DNA from: Dethiobacter sp.
GTDB taxonomy: Bacteria; Bacillota; Dethiobacteria; DTU022; UBA8154
Direction of reading: 5' to 3'
Length of the DNA: 64,000 nt
Assembly (NCBI GenBank): GCA_003605065.1
Contig: QZJM01000070.1
Coordinates: 6,382-70,381 of the forward strand
Shown here: piece by piece, positions 35,938 to 45,124 of the stretch
How the letters are laid out: the number at the start of each line of letters is the position of its first letter
How positions within the stretch are numbered: the first letter of the stretch is position 1
The notes under the pieces: model-generated
Database searches by the model: none
Seen by the model: only the letters and a program-made list of their open reading frames with translations
What the model was told of the DNA's origin: nothing
Made by a program: the position numbers and the translations under genes

Positions 35938-36513
35938 ATGTTTTATCGTTTTACCAGAGCGCTGTTTTATTATTACTTTAAATATGTGTATCTGTGGAAG
36001 TTTAATGACCGGGAAAAACTCCCTCCCCGGGGACCTTATATTATTTGTGCCAACCATACCAGTTGGTTTGACCCTCCCATGGTAGGAGCTATCGTGACTG
36101 GTGGTAACAGGGTTAATTTTATGGCCAAGGAAGAGCTTTTTAACATATTTATCCTGGGAACCCTGCTCAAAAAGCTTGGGGCCTTCCCGGTAAAAAGAAA
36201 TACAGCGGACAAAAGCGCTATAAGGCGTGCCCTGCAGGTGCTGGAAGAAGGAGGGATTCTGGGGCTTTTCCCGGAAGGAACCAGGAGCCGTACCGGTGAA
36301 CTGGGAAAACCCCGACACGGTGCTGCCTTGATTGCTTTGAAAAGCAAAAAGCCTGTTTTGCCCGTAGCTATAAAATGGCCGGAAAAGATTTTCCGGCCGG
36401 TAGAGGTCAAAATAGGTCCTTTGATATATTTTGCAGAAGAGGGTAAAATAAGGGGGAACGTTTTAGAGGAAGCAAGTTTGCAGATTATGGAAGAAATTAA
36501 GAAGTTGCTGTAA
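35938..36513 (+). CDS. plsC: 1-acyl-sn-glycerol-3-phosphate acyltransferase
   Basis: NHTSWFD (HxxxxD), FMAKEELF, FPEGTRS. Confidence 0.93.
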   Translation: MFYRFTRALFYYYFKYVYLWKFNDREKLPPRGPYIICANHTSWFDPPMVGAIVTGGNRVNFMAKEELFNIFILGTLLKKLGAFPVKRNTADKSAIRRALQVLEEGGILGLFPEGTRSRTGELGKPRHGAALIALKSKKPVLPVAIKWPEKIFRPVEVKIGPLIYFAEEGKIRGNVLEEASLQIMEEIKKLL

Positions 36514-36533
36514 ATACAGGGAGGCACGGCTTA

Positions 36534-38555
36534 TTGCAGGTATTTTTAGCGGAAGATGCAGGATTTTGCCACGGGGTCAGAAAGGCCCTGGAGCTAACTT
36601 TGCGAGAAGTTGACAGGGGGAAAGATGTCAGTACCTTGGGACCCCTGGTACACAATGATGAAGTCATTAATTTTTTGGAAACAAAAGGGGTAAAGGTTGT
36701 CGACAACCCGCAAGAACTGGAAAGCGGCACCGTTATAATACGTACTCACGGTGTTCCACCGCAGGTCCTTAAAATCCTGCAAGAACAAAAAGAACTGGAA
36801 ATTGTTGATGCTACCTGTCCGATTGTCAGGCGATTACAAAATATTGCCTGTAATTATCATGAAGATGGTTATGAAGTCATTATATACGGCAACAGCCAAC
36901 ATCCTGAAGTACAAGCTTTGCTGGGCTGGACTGAGGGAAAAGCCAGGGTCATTGATCCGGAAGATAAAGTTACGGAAAAAATGCCTGTTACTTCCAAGGC
37001 CCTGTTAATTTCTCAAACTACCCAGCGCGAAGACAGCTTTTTAAAAATAGCGGAAAATTTAAAGAAAAATCACCCTAGCCTGGAGGTTTGTCAGACAATT
37101 TGCAAGGCAACCACGCTCAGGCAGGACTCCGCTGCTAAATTGGCTTCAACGGTAGACTTGATGCTTGTAGTTGGAGACGAAAAGAGCTCTAATACCCGCA
37201 AGTTAACCCAGGTCTGTCGTGAAATAGTAAAAACCCATCAGATCACAGGGGCCCGGGATATCTCCGGGGAATGGCTGGTGGGAATAAAAAAAGTAGGGGT
37301 GACTGCAGGGGCTTCCACCCCCCCCTGGACGATAAAGGAGGTTATGGTTAAGATGGAAAACGGCAATTTAGAAGCCAGAACAGAAGAGGATATTTCCTAT
37401 CAGGAAGCGGAGGGAAAGGATTTTCGGTCCGGTGATGTGGTAACCGGAAAAGTTGTCCTGGTAGAGGAAGATCAGGTAATGGTTGATTTCGGCTATAAAT
37501 CTGAAGCGGTACTTCCCCGCAACGAGGTTTTCCTGGAAGGAGAAACTAAATTAAAAGATAAATTTTCTGTCGGAGATAATATTGATCTTTTAATACTAAA
37601 AGTCAGCAACCAGGAAGACAAAATTATTGTTTCCCTAAAACGCCTGGAACGGGAAAGGCGATGGAAGGAACTGGAAGAAGCTGTGGAGCAGGGGTTAACT
37701 ATGAAAGGGATTGTTAAGGAAATAGTGCCTGCGGGGATAATAGTTAACCTGGGTAGCGGTATTGAAGGTTTTATGCCCGGATCACTGGTGGATGTTCGTT
37801 ATGTTCCTGATTTTCAGCAGTTTTTAGGGCAAGAATTTTCTTTCAGAGTAATCGAATTAAACAGAGATCGGGATAAAGTGATCCTATCAAGGAAACAGAT
37901 GCTGGAAGAAGAAGCGGAGAAACAAAAAAAAGATACGCTGAACAATTTAAAAGAAGGGGAAATAATAGGCGGAGTTGTTAAAAGGCTGACAGAATTTGGT
38001 GCCTTTGTAGACGTAGGTGGCATTGATGGACTGGTGCATATTTCCGAGGTATCATGGCAGAGGGTTGGGCACCCCCAGGACGTTTTAAAAGTTGGTGAAC
38101 AGGTAAATGTAAAGGTTCTGGAAATAATTCCGGAAAGGGAAAGGATAAGTTTAAGTATCAGACAGGCCCAGCCTGATCCCTGGTCCAGGGTCAACAAAGA
38201 ATACAAGGTTGGGGAGATTATTAGCGGCAAAGTCACCAGGATTGTAAATTTCGGTGCTTTTATCGAGATTATGCCCGGGGTGGAAGGTTTGGTGCATATT
38301 TCTCAGATGGCAGATTTTCATGTTAAACACCCTTCGGAGATTATCCAGGAAGGGGAAGAGGTTGAAGCAAAGATTCTGGATATAAATGTGGAAAACAAAA
38401 GAATTAGTTTAAGCCTTAAAAAGGCACGTCCTGCTCCCAGAGATTTAACAGAGCACTCTTCATCCAAGGAAGGTGAGAACCAGAACGTAACCCTGGGAGA
38501 TGTTTTTGGGGGTCTTTTCAACAGCGAGAATCAGGCCGGGAAAAATGAGGAATAA
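36534..38555 (+). CDS. ispH: Bifunctional IspH (HMBPP reductase) / ribosomal protein S1 fusion
   Basis: AGFCHGV, DATCP, TICKAT cluster Cys, SSNT, TAGASTP; then four S1 repeats (FGAFVDVGGIDGLVHISE, EGLVHISQ). Confidence 0.94.
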   Translation: MQVFLAEDAGFCHGVRKALELTLREVDRGKDVSTLGPLVHNDEVINFLETKGVKVVDNPQELESGTVIIRTHGVPPQVLKILQEQKELEIVDATCPIVRRLQNIACNYHEDGYEVIIYGNSQHPEVQALLGWTEGKARVIDPEDKVTEKMPVTSKALLISQTTQREDSFLKIAENLKKNHPSLEVCQTICKATTLRQDSAAKLASTVDLMLVVGDEKSSNTRKLTQVCREIVKTHQITGARDISGEWLVGIKKVGVTAGASTPPWTIKEVMVKMENGNLEARTEEDISYQEAEGKDFRSGDVVTGKVVLVEEDQVMVDFGYKSEAVLPRNEVFLEGETKLKDKFSVGDNIDLLILKVSNQEDKIIVSLKRLERERRWKELEEAVEQGLTMKGIVKEIVPAGIIVNLGSGIEGFMPGSLVDVRYVPDFQQFLGQEFSFRVIELNRDRDKVILSRKQMLEEEAEKQKKDTLNNLKEGEIIGGVVKRLTEFGAFVDVGGIDGLVHISEVSWQRVGHPQDVLKVGEQVNVKVLEIIPERERISLSIRQAQPDPWSRVNKEYKVGEIISGKVTRIVNFGAFIEIMPGVEGLVHISQMADFHVKHPSEIIQEGEEVEAKILDINVENKRISLSLKKARPAPRDLTEHSSSKEGENQNVTLGDVFGGLFNSENQAGKNEE

Positions 38556-38699
38556 TTTTCTAGTTTTCACATAGAACATAGGCCTTACAGCGTCTTTTCT
38601 AAAATATGCCCCTGTATACCTGTTTCCTGTACGGAAGAATCTTAACGTACCAGCCCTTATTTAATAAACATACAAGGAAAACTATAAATCTTTTTCCGT

Positions 38700-38729
38700 A
38701 AAGCGGACTTGAGAAAAGTCCGCTTTTTT
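38700..38729 (+). terminator. Rho-independent terminator
   Basis: AAAGCGGACTT-GAGAA-AAGTCCGCTTT plus T run. Confidence 0.85.
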
Positions 38730-38761
38730 ATGTACTTGTTACAGGGCTGGATTTATCAAAA

Positions 38762-38790
38762 GAATAAATAATTTATTTCCGGTTATTCTA
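38762..38790 (+). promoter_or_regulatory. Putative sigG/sigF-type promoter of the DUF1614-spoIIP cluster
   Basis: GAATA, 17 nt, TATTCTA. Confidence 0.5.
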
Positions 38791-38830
38791 CTAGGGAAGC
38801 AAAAAAGTTTAAAAAAAGGAGCGGTAAATA

Positions 38831-39523
38831 GTGAACATCGGCATGGTGCTTCTTTTAGCGGTGGCTATTATTATATATTTTGGCCTTGCGCAGAGGGTTC
38901 TTGACAGGTTGCGATTAAGTGATCGCGCCGCCCTGCTTTTTCTTGTAGCCATGATTGTGGGAGGTTTTTTGCCTGATATTCCCCTGGTGGGAGGAACCAG
39001 TATTAACCTGGGCGGAGGCGTTGTTCCCATCATCCTTGTTATATATCTCTGGAGCAAAGCTGAAAAACCGGAAATAAGCAGGTCTGTTACGGCCCTTCTT
39101 ATTACGGCCGTGGTTGTTTATGCCACGATGAAGATCATGCCCCTGGAGCCCACATATAACTTTTTTTTGGATCCGCTATATATAATTGCCATCATTGCCG
39201 GTGTGGTAGCTTATATTACCGGTAGAAGCAGGAGGGGATCCTTTATTGCCGGGACCATGGCTATAGTGCTGAGTGATATTGCCGCACAGGTGGAAAATGC
39301 TTTTGCCGGGGTCAGATCGTCTGTAACTATCGGAGGAGCCGGGGTTTTTGATGCCGTGGTAATCGCCGGTTTAATTGCTCTCGGCCTGGCGGAATTTGTG
39401 GGAGAAACGGTGGAAAGGGTTAGTCTTGAATTAAAGGGAGCTAAAAAAGAAGATCAAAATAATAAGGATTTCCACGGGGAAAATCCTCCGGAATCAAAAC
39501 AGGAAAACCGTCCGGAGGAATGA
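38831..39523 (+). CDS. DUF1614 family membrane protein
   Basis: YFGLAQRVLDRLRLSD, NLGGGVVP, GRSRRGSFIAG, IGGAGVFDAVV, GETVER. Confidence 0.8.
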   Translation: MNIGMVLLLAVAIIIYFGLAQRVLDRLRLSDRAALLFLVAMIVGGFLPDIPLVGGTSINLGGGVVPIILVIYLWSKAEKPEISRSVTALLITAVVVYATMKIMPLEPTYNFFLDPLYIIAIIAGVVAYITGRSRRGSFIAGTMAIVLSDIAAQVENAFAGVRSSVTIGGAGVFDAVVIAGLIALGLAEFVGETVERVSLELKGAKKEDQNNKDFHGENPPESKQENRPEE

Positions 39524-39562
39524 AATGTTTTGTGCCGGATCAATCATTATTTTACGGGGTAG

Positions 39563-40750
39563 GTGTTTATAATAAACGGTTTAAAAAATTCCAGAAAAAA
39601 CATTTTCTTATGCCTGATATTTTTAATCGTGTTCCTGATTGGCGGAAATTTAACTTGCTCCGGGGTTGAAGCGGAGGATTTCTTTGAACTTAAAGAACTG
39701 GATGAGCGGACCGATGGTTTTTTCATAATGAAAGACATGCAGACCAGCGAAACAATCATGCGCACCGCGAGAATTATTCATCCCGGGGACGAGTATATCA
39801 GCAGTAAAAATAAGTTTTATCGTGTGGAAAGAATAGAGGGAGATATAGCCTGGGCGCATTTTATAGAAGATATAAAGCTTTTCGAGGTAAATGTGGAAGA
39901 GGTTTTAAATTCATTGATGATTAAGGGCGGTACCTTCCAGGAAGGGCAGCCCCAAAGGAGGGACATCCTGCTGGGGGTTTACCATTCCCACGGCGCCGAA
40001 TCCTATGTGCCCTCAGATGGTACAGAAAGCATTCTCCAGGGCGGCGGCATTTTAGATGTAGGTAGGGCTTTCAGTGAAGCTTTACGGGAAAAAGGGTTGA
40101 ATGTTAATTATTCCCCGGAAACACATGTGCCCCATGACGCCGGTACCTATCACAGGTCCAGGAGAACCGCGGAGGAGTTATTAAGACAGGGATCAAGCTC
40201 CATTTTTGATATTCACCGCGATGCTGTTCCCGCTGAAGAATATATCGGGACTGTTGACGGCAGGCCCACCGTACAGCTGCAGTTTGTTGTCGGTCGTCAG
40301 AATCAAAACGCCCAGGCTAACAGGGACTTTGCGGAAAGCCTTAAAAAGGTAACTGATGATATCCACCCCGGGTTAATCAAGGGTATTTTTCTGGCCAGGG
40401 CTAACTACAACCAGGATATGTTGCCCCTGGCTATGCTGGTAGAAGTGGGAAGCCACGAGAATACCAGAGAAGGGGCGGAAAGATCTGTAGCCCTCTTTAG
40501 CGATGCGGTAGGTGCTTACTTCCTGGGGCGAGAAGGACAGCGGGCCAGGCAAGGAGTCGGGGCGACAGCTTTAAGAAGTATCCTATGGGTTATCTTTATT
40601 GTTGCAGTTGTCCTGGGTGTTTACCTTTTGATCAGTAATGAAAATATTGATGAATTACGAGCCAAATTAAGACACTTTTTTAGCAAAGAATTTGCCGAAT
40701 TTAGGAGCAGAAAAAGAAAAGGTGGGGGAGATAATGGAGCCGGGGAATAG
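39563..40750 (+). CDS. spoIIP: Stage II sporulation protein P (amidase/endopeptidase)
   Basis: YHSHGAESY, HDAGTYHRSRRTA, FDIHRDA, YNQD, LVEVGSH; C-terminal TM. Confidence 0.88.
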   Translation: MFIINGLKNSRKNIFLCLIFLIVFLIGGNLTCSGVEAEDFFELKELDERTDGFFIMKDMQTSETIMRTARIIHPGDEYISSKNKFYRVERIEGDIAWAHFIEDIKLFEVNVEEVLNSLMIKGGTFQEGQPQRRDILLGVYHSHGAESYVPSDGTESILQGGGILDVGRAFSEALREKGLNVNYSPETHVPHDAGTYHRSRRTAEELLRQGSSSIFDIHRDAVPAEEYIGTVDGRPTVQLQFVVGRQNQNAQANRDFAESLKKVTDDIHPGLIKGIFLARANYNQDMLPLAMLVEVGSHENTREGAERSVALFSDAVGAYFLGREGQRARQGVGATALRSILWVIFIVAVVLGVYLLISNENIDELRAKLRHFFSKEFAEFRSRKRKGGGDNGAGE

Positions 40751-40767
40751 GAGGGACGGGAAAAGAG

Positions 40768-41664
40768 ATGTTGGATGCTCCTTATTTACGGGCAATATTC
40801 AACGGGGTTCTTATTGGTAATTTAATTCGTTATTTTATGCTCAGGAGAGACTACCGCCAGTATCCGAGCTATCCTCACGGTGTGGTTACTCACCTTTCGC
40901 TGGGTTTTATAGCTGCTGTTATAGGTTCTGTAGCTGTACCGGTTTTAATTGAGAAGGAATTTATGGCGGTTACGTTTCTTACTCTGGCGGCAACACAGTT
41001 TAGAGAAGTACGTGATATGGAAAGAGAAATGTTACAGCACCTGGACCAAGCAAGGCTGGTTTCGAGGGGTCCTGATTATATTGAAGGAATAGCCAGGGTG
41101 TTCGAGGCTCGCAATTACCTGGTTATGTTTACATCTTTACTGGTAGGAGGAATAACTTACCGGAGTAATATTTTCTATGGAATGGTAGCCGGTATTATTG
41201 CTTTTCTTGTTTCCAGGAAATTAATGGGCGGAAGAGTTATAGCACAGATTGCTCAAGTTCGGGAGGGTAAGGTACACTTTAAAGGAGCTAACCTCTTTGT
41301 GGAAGACATCCACTTTATGAACTTGGGAACTGACAGTGTCAAAGAAACTTATCTGGAACGAGGTCTGGGAGTAATAATCGAACCATTTGACGATGATGCT
41401 CGTGCCACACTTTCCAGTAACGGGCAGCGTATGGCCATTGCTCATGATGCTGCTGCTTTACTGGGCATTTATAAAGATGTCGATACGGCTGAGTTTACAC
41501 CTATCGTCCGCAGGGACCTTGATACGGGAAGAGTGGGCCTGGTAATTGTTCCAATTGAAAGAGATATTGAGTTTTTACTGGAGGCTGTTAAAAGAGTTCC
41601 AGTACTGGAAAGTGCTTACAGAGCTCCTTTAAAAACCTATATCGGACGTAAGGCTTCTGATTAA
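40768..41664 (+). CDS. YIEGIA family membrane protein
   Basis: Literal YIEGIA motif, RRDYRQYPSYPHG, LAATQFREVR, AVKRVPVLES. Confidence 0.9.
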   Translation: MLDAPYLRAIFNGVLIGNLIRYFMLRRDYRQYPSYPHGVVTHLSLGFIAAVIGSVAVPVLIEKEFMAVTFLTLAATQFREVRDMEREMLQHLDQARLVSRGPDYIEGIARVFEARNYLVMFTSLLVGGITYRSNIFYGMVAGIIAFLVSRKLMGGRVIAQIAQVREGKVHFKGANLFVEDIHFMNLGTDSVKETYLERGLGVIIEPFDDDARATLSSNGQRMAIAHDAAALLGIYKDVDTAEFTPIVRRDLDTGRVGLVIVPIERDIEFLLEAVKRVPVLESAYRAPLKTYIGRKASD

Positions 41665-41684
41665 TAAAGAAGGGAGCGGTTGAA

Positions 41685-41873
41685 GTGGAGCTAAACAAAT
41701 TTATCCTGGCGATTATCGCTCTGGAACCGGAAAAGGTTGGTGGGTGCGGAGCACCCATTTTTTATGCCGTAAACAGAGAAGAACAGGATAAAATTGCCAT
41801 TACCCTGGCCCGGATAACTGAGGGCGTAGTACATGACCTCGAAAACGGAACTTATATTATCGTCAAGCATTAA
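41685..41873 (+). CDS. Small YIEGIA-associated ('capping complex subunit') protein
   Basis: 62 aa: ILAII..EKVGG.GAPIFY, EQDKIA..LARI..VVHDLENGTYIIVKH; follows the YIEGIA gene. Confidence 0.8.
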   Translation: MELNKFILAIIALEPEKVGGCGAPIFYAVNREEQDKIAITLARITEGVVHDLENGTYIIVKH

Positions 41874-41882
41874 GGAGGTTTT

Positions 41883-42338
41883 ATGAAAATTATTTACCAT
41901 TGTTATGGTGGGACACATTCCTCTGTTTTGGCGGCTGCTCTTCACCTGGATATTTTAGATGGAGAAAAATTTCCTTCGTTCCGGGAATTACTGTCCTGCC
42001 CTTATTTTGATAAAGTAAAAAGTAAAGATGTGGGAAAGATTTTTTTTATGGGCAAAGATGAGAAAGGCCATGAAGTTTTTGTTATGGGCTGCAGGAATGC
42101 CGGTCCACTGGTGGAAACAGTCCTAAAGGACTTCGGCAGCATCATGAATATTGATCCCGGTGAAGTTATCCTTGCCAGCACAATGCCCTGCCTAAACATA
42201 CTAATGAAGCTGGGCGGCTTGTTGTCGAGGAGTCTGAACCTGGTAACAGCAGGACGCATTTTTCTATTTCCCGGCTGTATGCTGGCTTACGGTAAAATTA
42301 AGAAAGTTGTGGAGCAGGTAAAAAGCAAGCCCGGGTGA
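41883..42338 (+). CDS. DUF3189 family protein
   Basis: MKIIYHCYGGTHSSVLAAALHL, FMGKDE.GHEVF, MKLGG.LSR.L. Confidence 0.8.
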   Translation: MKIIYHCYGGTHSSVLAAALHLDILDGEKFPSFRELLSCPYFDKVKSKDVGKIFFMGKDEKGHEVFVMGCRNAGPLVETVLKDFGSIMNIDPGEVILASTMPCLNILMKLGGLLSRSLNLVTAGRIFLFPGCMLAYGKIKKVVEQVKSKPG

Positions 42339-42450
42339 GTACCTTTCTCCACCGGCAACCTTGACAGAAAGTAAAGTACATAGGATAATGAGTATAAATT
42401 TGTATATTGGGGGGAGGCAGCTGTCAGTTAAATACCAGGGGAGAAAAACA

Positions 42451-43779
42451 ATGCAGCGGGGCTTTACAATTTCACGTGTTAAAAAAGATTCTCCGGCTGC
42501 TAAAGCTGGTATTAAAGCAGGAGATTTTCTTGTTAAGATAAATGATTCCTATTTTCATGATATCCTTGATTATTATTATCTTTGTTCCGGGCAGAGGGTA
42601 ATTCTTTCTGTATATACTAAAAAAGGCCATTTTACCGAGATTGAAATCAGAAAGAATTATGATCAGAAGCTGGGATTAGAATTCTGTTCTCCCACTTTTG
42701 GTCCTATGCGGTGCTGCCAGAATCACTGTGTGTTTTGTTTTATAGATCAGCAGCCTCCCGGAATGCGCCTTTCTTTGTATGAGAAGGATGATGATTACCG
42801 TCTTTCCTTTTTTCACGGGAACTATATTACTCTCACCAATACGGGTGATCTTGACCTGAAAAGAATTATACGAAGGGGGATCTCTCCCCTGTACGTTTCC
42901 ATACACTGCACTGATCCCGCTATTCGCCGTAAAATGATGGGAAATGGTGCTGCCGGGGATATTTGGGGACAGTTAAAGAAACTGGTGCGCGGCGGCGTGG
43001 AAATTCACGGGCAGGTGGTTGTCTGCCCCGGCCTTAACGACGGTACGGTTTTAAAGAAAACTGTTGAGGATCTTTCCCTCCTGTGCCCTGGTTTAAAAAC
43101 CGTGGCTCTTGTTCCTGTTGGTTTGACCAGGTACCGCCAAAAACTTGCTCCCCTTCGCAGTATTTCGCCCGGGGAAGCCTGCAGCATTGTCGAAGAGTAC
43201 ACGGCCATGCAGGAACGTTTTCAGGAACAGTGGGGAACGCCGTTTATATATCTTGCAGATGAGTTATATCTTCTCTCTGGCAGGCCTCTTCCCCCCCATG
43301 AACATTACGGGATGTATCAACAGTTAGAGAATGGGGTGGGGCTGGGAAGGTTGTTTTTGAATGAGGTTGAGGAATGGAAAAAGCATTCAATTTTACCGCC
43401 CCTGCCTCGAAAAATGGAGATATCCCTGGTAACCGGTCAATCCGGGGGATCATTCTTAAAAATATTTAGGGGTGAATTAGAGAAAATCGGGGGTTTAAAA
43501 ACATACCTGCATATTCTCCCTAATGTTTTTTGGGGAGGAAATGTTACAGTTACAGGACTGCTTACTGGCAGTGACCTGCTTTTGGGCTTAAGACGGAAAA
43601 AGTTAGGAGAGGTTGTGTTTATTCCCGCAGTTATGCTTAAAGAGGGAACCAGGCTTTTCCTGGATAATATCCATCTGGAGTTCCTGTCCACCAGGTTAAA
43701 AGTTCCCCTTGTTCCCGTTACCGGCCTGGAGGAAATCAGGAATCACCTTGTAAAAAAAGTACTAACCGTTGCAGGCTAA
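42451..43779 (+). CDS. DUF512 PDZ / radical-SAM-like Fe-S protein
   Basis: N-terminal PDZ (SPAAKAGIKAGD), CQNHCVFC, KDDDYRLSF.HGNYITLTN, QLENGVG; upstream of der; start set at ATG 42451. Confidence 0.85.
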   Translation: MQRGFTISRVKKDSPAAKAGIKAGDFLVKINDSYFHDILDYYYLCSGQRVILSVYTKKGHFTEIEIRKNYDQKLGLEFCSPTFGPMRCCQNHCVFCFIDQQPPGMRLSLYEKDDDYRLSFFHGNYITLTNTGDLDLKRIIRRGISPLYVSIHCTDPAIRRKMMGNGAAGDIWGQLKKLVRGGVEIHGQVVVCPGLNDGTVLKKTVEDLSLLCPGLKTVALVPVGLTRYRQKLAPLRSISPGEACSIVEEYTAMQERFQEQWGTPFIYLADELYLLSGRPLPPHEHYGMYQQLENGVGLGRLFLNEVEEWKKHSILPPLPRKMEISLVTGQSGGSFLKIFRGELEKIGGLKTYLHILPNVFWGGNVTVTGLLTGSDLLLGLRRKKLGEVVFIPAVMLKEGTRLFLDNIHLEFLSTRLKVPLVPVTGLEEIRNHLVKKVLTVAG

Positions 43780-43792
43780 AGGAGAGGTATTT

Positions 43793-45118
43793 TTGTCTAA
43801 TCCGCTGGTGGCTTTAGTGGGACGACCTAACGTAGGAAAATCAACTCTTTTTAACCGTCTGGTGGGAGGAAGAAAAGCTATTGAAGAAAAGATCCCAGGA
43901 GTAACCAGGGACCGCCTGTACGGACGTTCCAGTTGGTTGGATAAGGAATTTCTGGTGATAGATACCGGTGGCTTAACTCTTTCCGGGAAGGAAGAAATGG
44001 AGCTACAGGTTCAGAAACAGGTCCAGTTGGCCATGGAAGAAGCTGTAGTTATTGTTTTCCTGGTGGATGGGCGCCAGGGTCTCACCTATCTCGATGAAGA
44101 AATAGCCGGCATGTTACGACGCCAGGGGAAACCTGTCATCCTGGCCGTTAATAAAATTGATTCCATGGAGCAAAGTTTTGCCGAGTTTTATAAACTGGGT
44201 CTGAATGATCCACTGCCAATTTCGGCCGCCCATGGGTTAAATATCGGAGATCTTCTGGATAAAATCGTTTCTTTCTTTCCGTCCCTTCCGGGCGAAAACC
44301 GGCAAGAAGATGAGGTTATACGCATAGCTGTAGTGGGCCGTCCCAATGTGGGGAAGTCTTCATTCGTAAATGCTTTGCTGGGAGAGGATCGGATAATAGT
44401 AAGCCAGGAACCGGGGACTACAAGAGATGCCATCGATACATGGCTGCAACGGGAAGGGAACAAATACATACTTGTCGATACGGCCGGTATACGTAAGAAA
44501 AGCAAGGTTTTTGAAAACGTGGAATATTATAGCGTCATACGCTCCTTGAAGGCCATAGATAGTGCCGATATAGCTTTTCTGCTGTTGGAGGCCCCTGAAG
44601 GGGTAACGGAACAGGACCAAAAGATTGCCGGTTATATCCTGGAAAGTGGAAAAGCTTTGGTAGTTGCCCTGAATAAATGGGATCTGCTTAAACAACAGCG
44701 GCAAGAAGGACGTGTTGAAGAAATAGTAAGCGACGCCAGGGATGCTTTAAAATTTGTTTCCTACGCTCCAATCGTATTTACCTCGATTCACGAACCCCGT
44801 CGTTTAAAAAATTTATTTGAACTTTTTCAAAAAGTTTATAAAAATTATAGTACACGAATTCCCACTCCGTTACTAAATAAGCTTTTAGCTGATGCCCAGG
44901 GGGTCAACCCTTTGCCCGCATCGAAAGGGAAAATAGGTAAAATATACTACTGGACGCAGTCTGCTATCAAACCGCCCACTTTTGTACTTTTTGTTAACAA
45001 TTCCTCTTTGATACATTTTTCCTATCTGAGGTACCTGGAAAATCGCTTAAGGGAGGCCTTTGATTTTAAGGGCTCCCCTGTAAGGCTGCTGGTCAGATCC
45101 CGTAAAAGGAAGGAGTGA
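43793..45118 (+). CDS. der: Ribosome biogenesis GTPase Der (EngA)
   Basis: Two G domains: GRPNVGKS/DTGG/NKID and GRPNVGKS/GTTRD/DTAG/NKWD; KH-like C-terminus (PPTFVLF). Confidence 0.97.
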   Translation: MSNPLVALVGRPNVGKSTLFNRLVGGRKAIEEKIPGVTRDRLYGRSSWLDKEFLVIDTGGLTLSGKEEMELQVQKQVQLAMEEAVVIVFLVDGRQGLTYLDEEIAGMLRRQGKPVILAVNKIDSMEQSFAEFYKLGLNDPLPISAAHGLNIGDLLDKIVSFFPSLPGENRQEDEVIRIAVVGRPNVGKSSFVNALLGEDRIIVSQEPGTTRDAIDTWLQREGNKYILVDTAGIRKKSKVFENVEYYSVIRSLKAIDSADIAFLLLEAPEGVTEQDQKIAGYILESGKALVVALNKWDLLKQQRQEGRVEEIVSDARDALKFVSYAPIVFTSIHEPRRLKNLFELFQKVYKNYSTRIPTPLLNKLLADAQGVNPLPASKGKIGKIYYWTQSAIKPPTFVLFVNNSSLIHFSYLRYLENRLREAFDFKGSPVRLLVRSRKRKE

Positions 45119-45124
45119 AACAAA

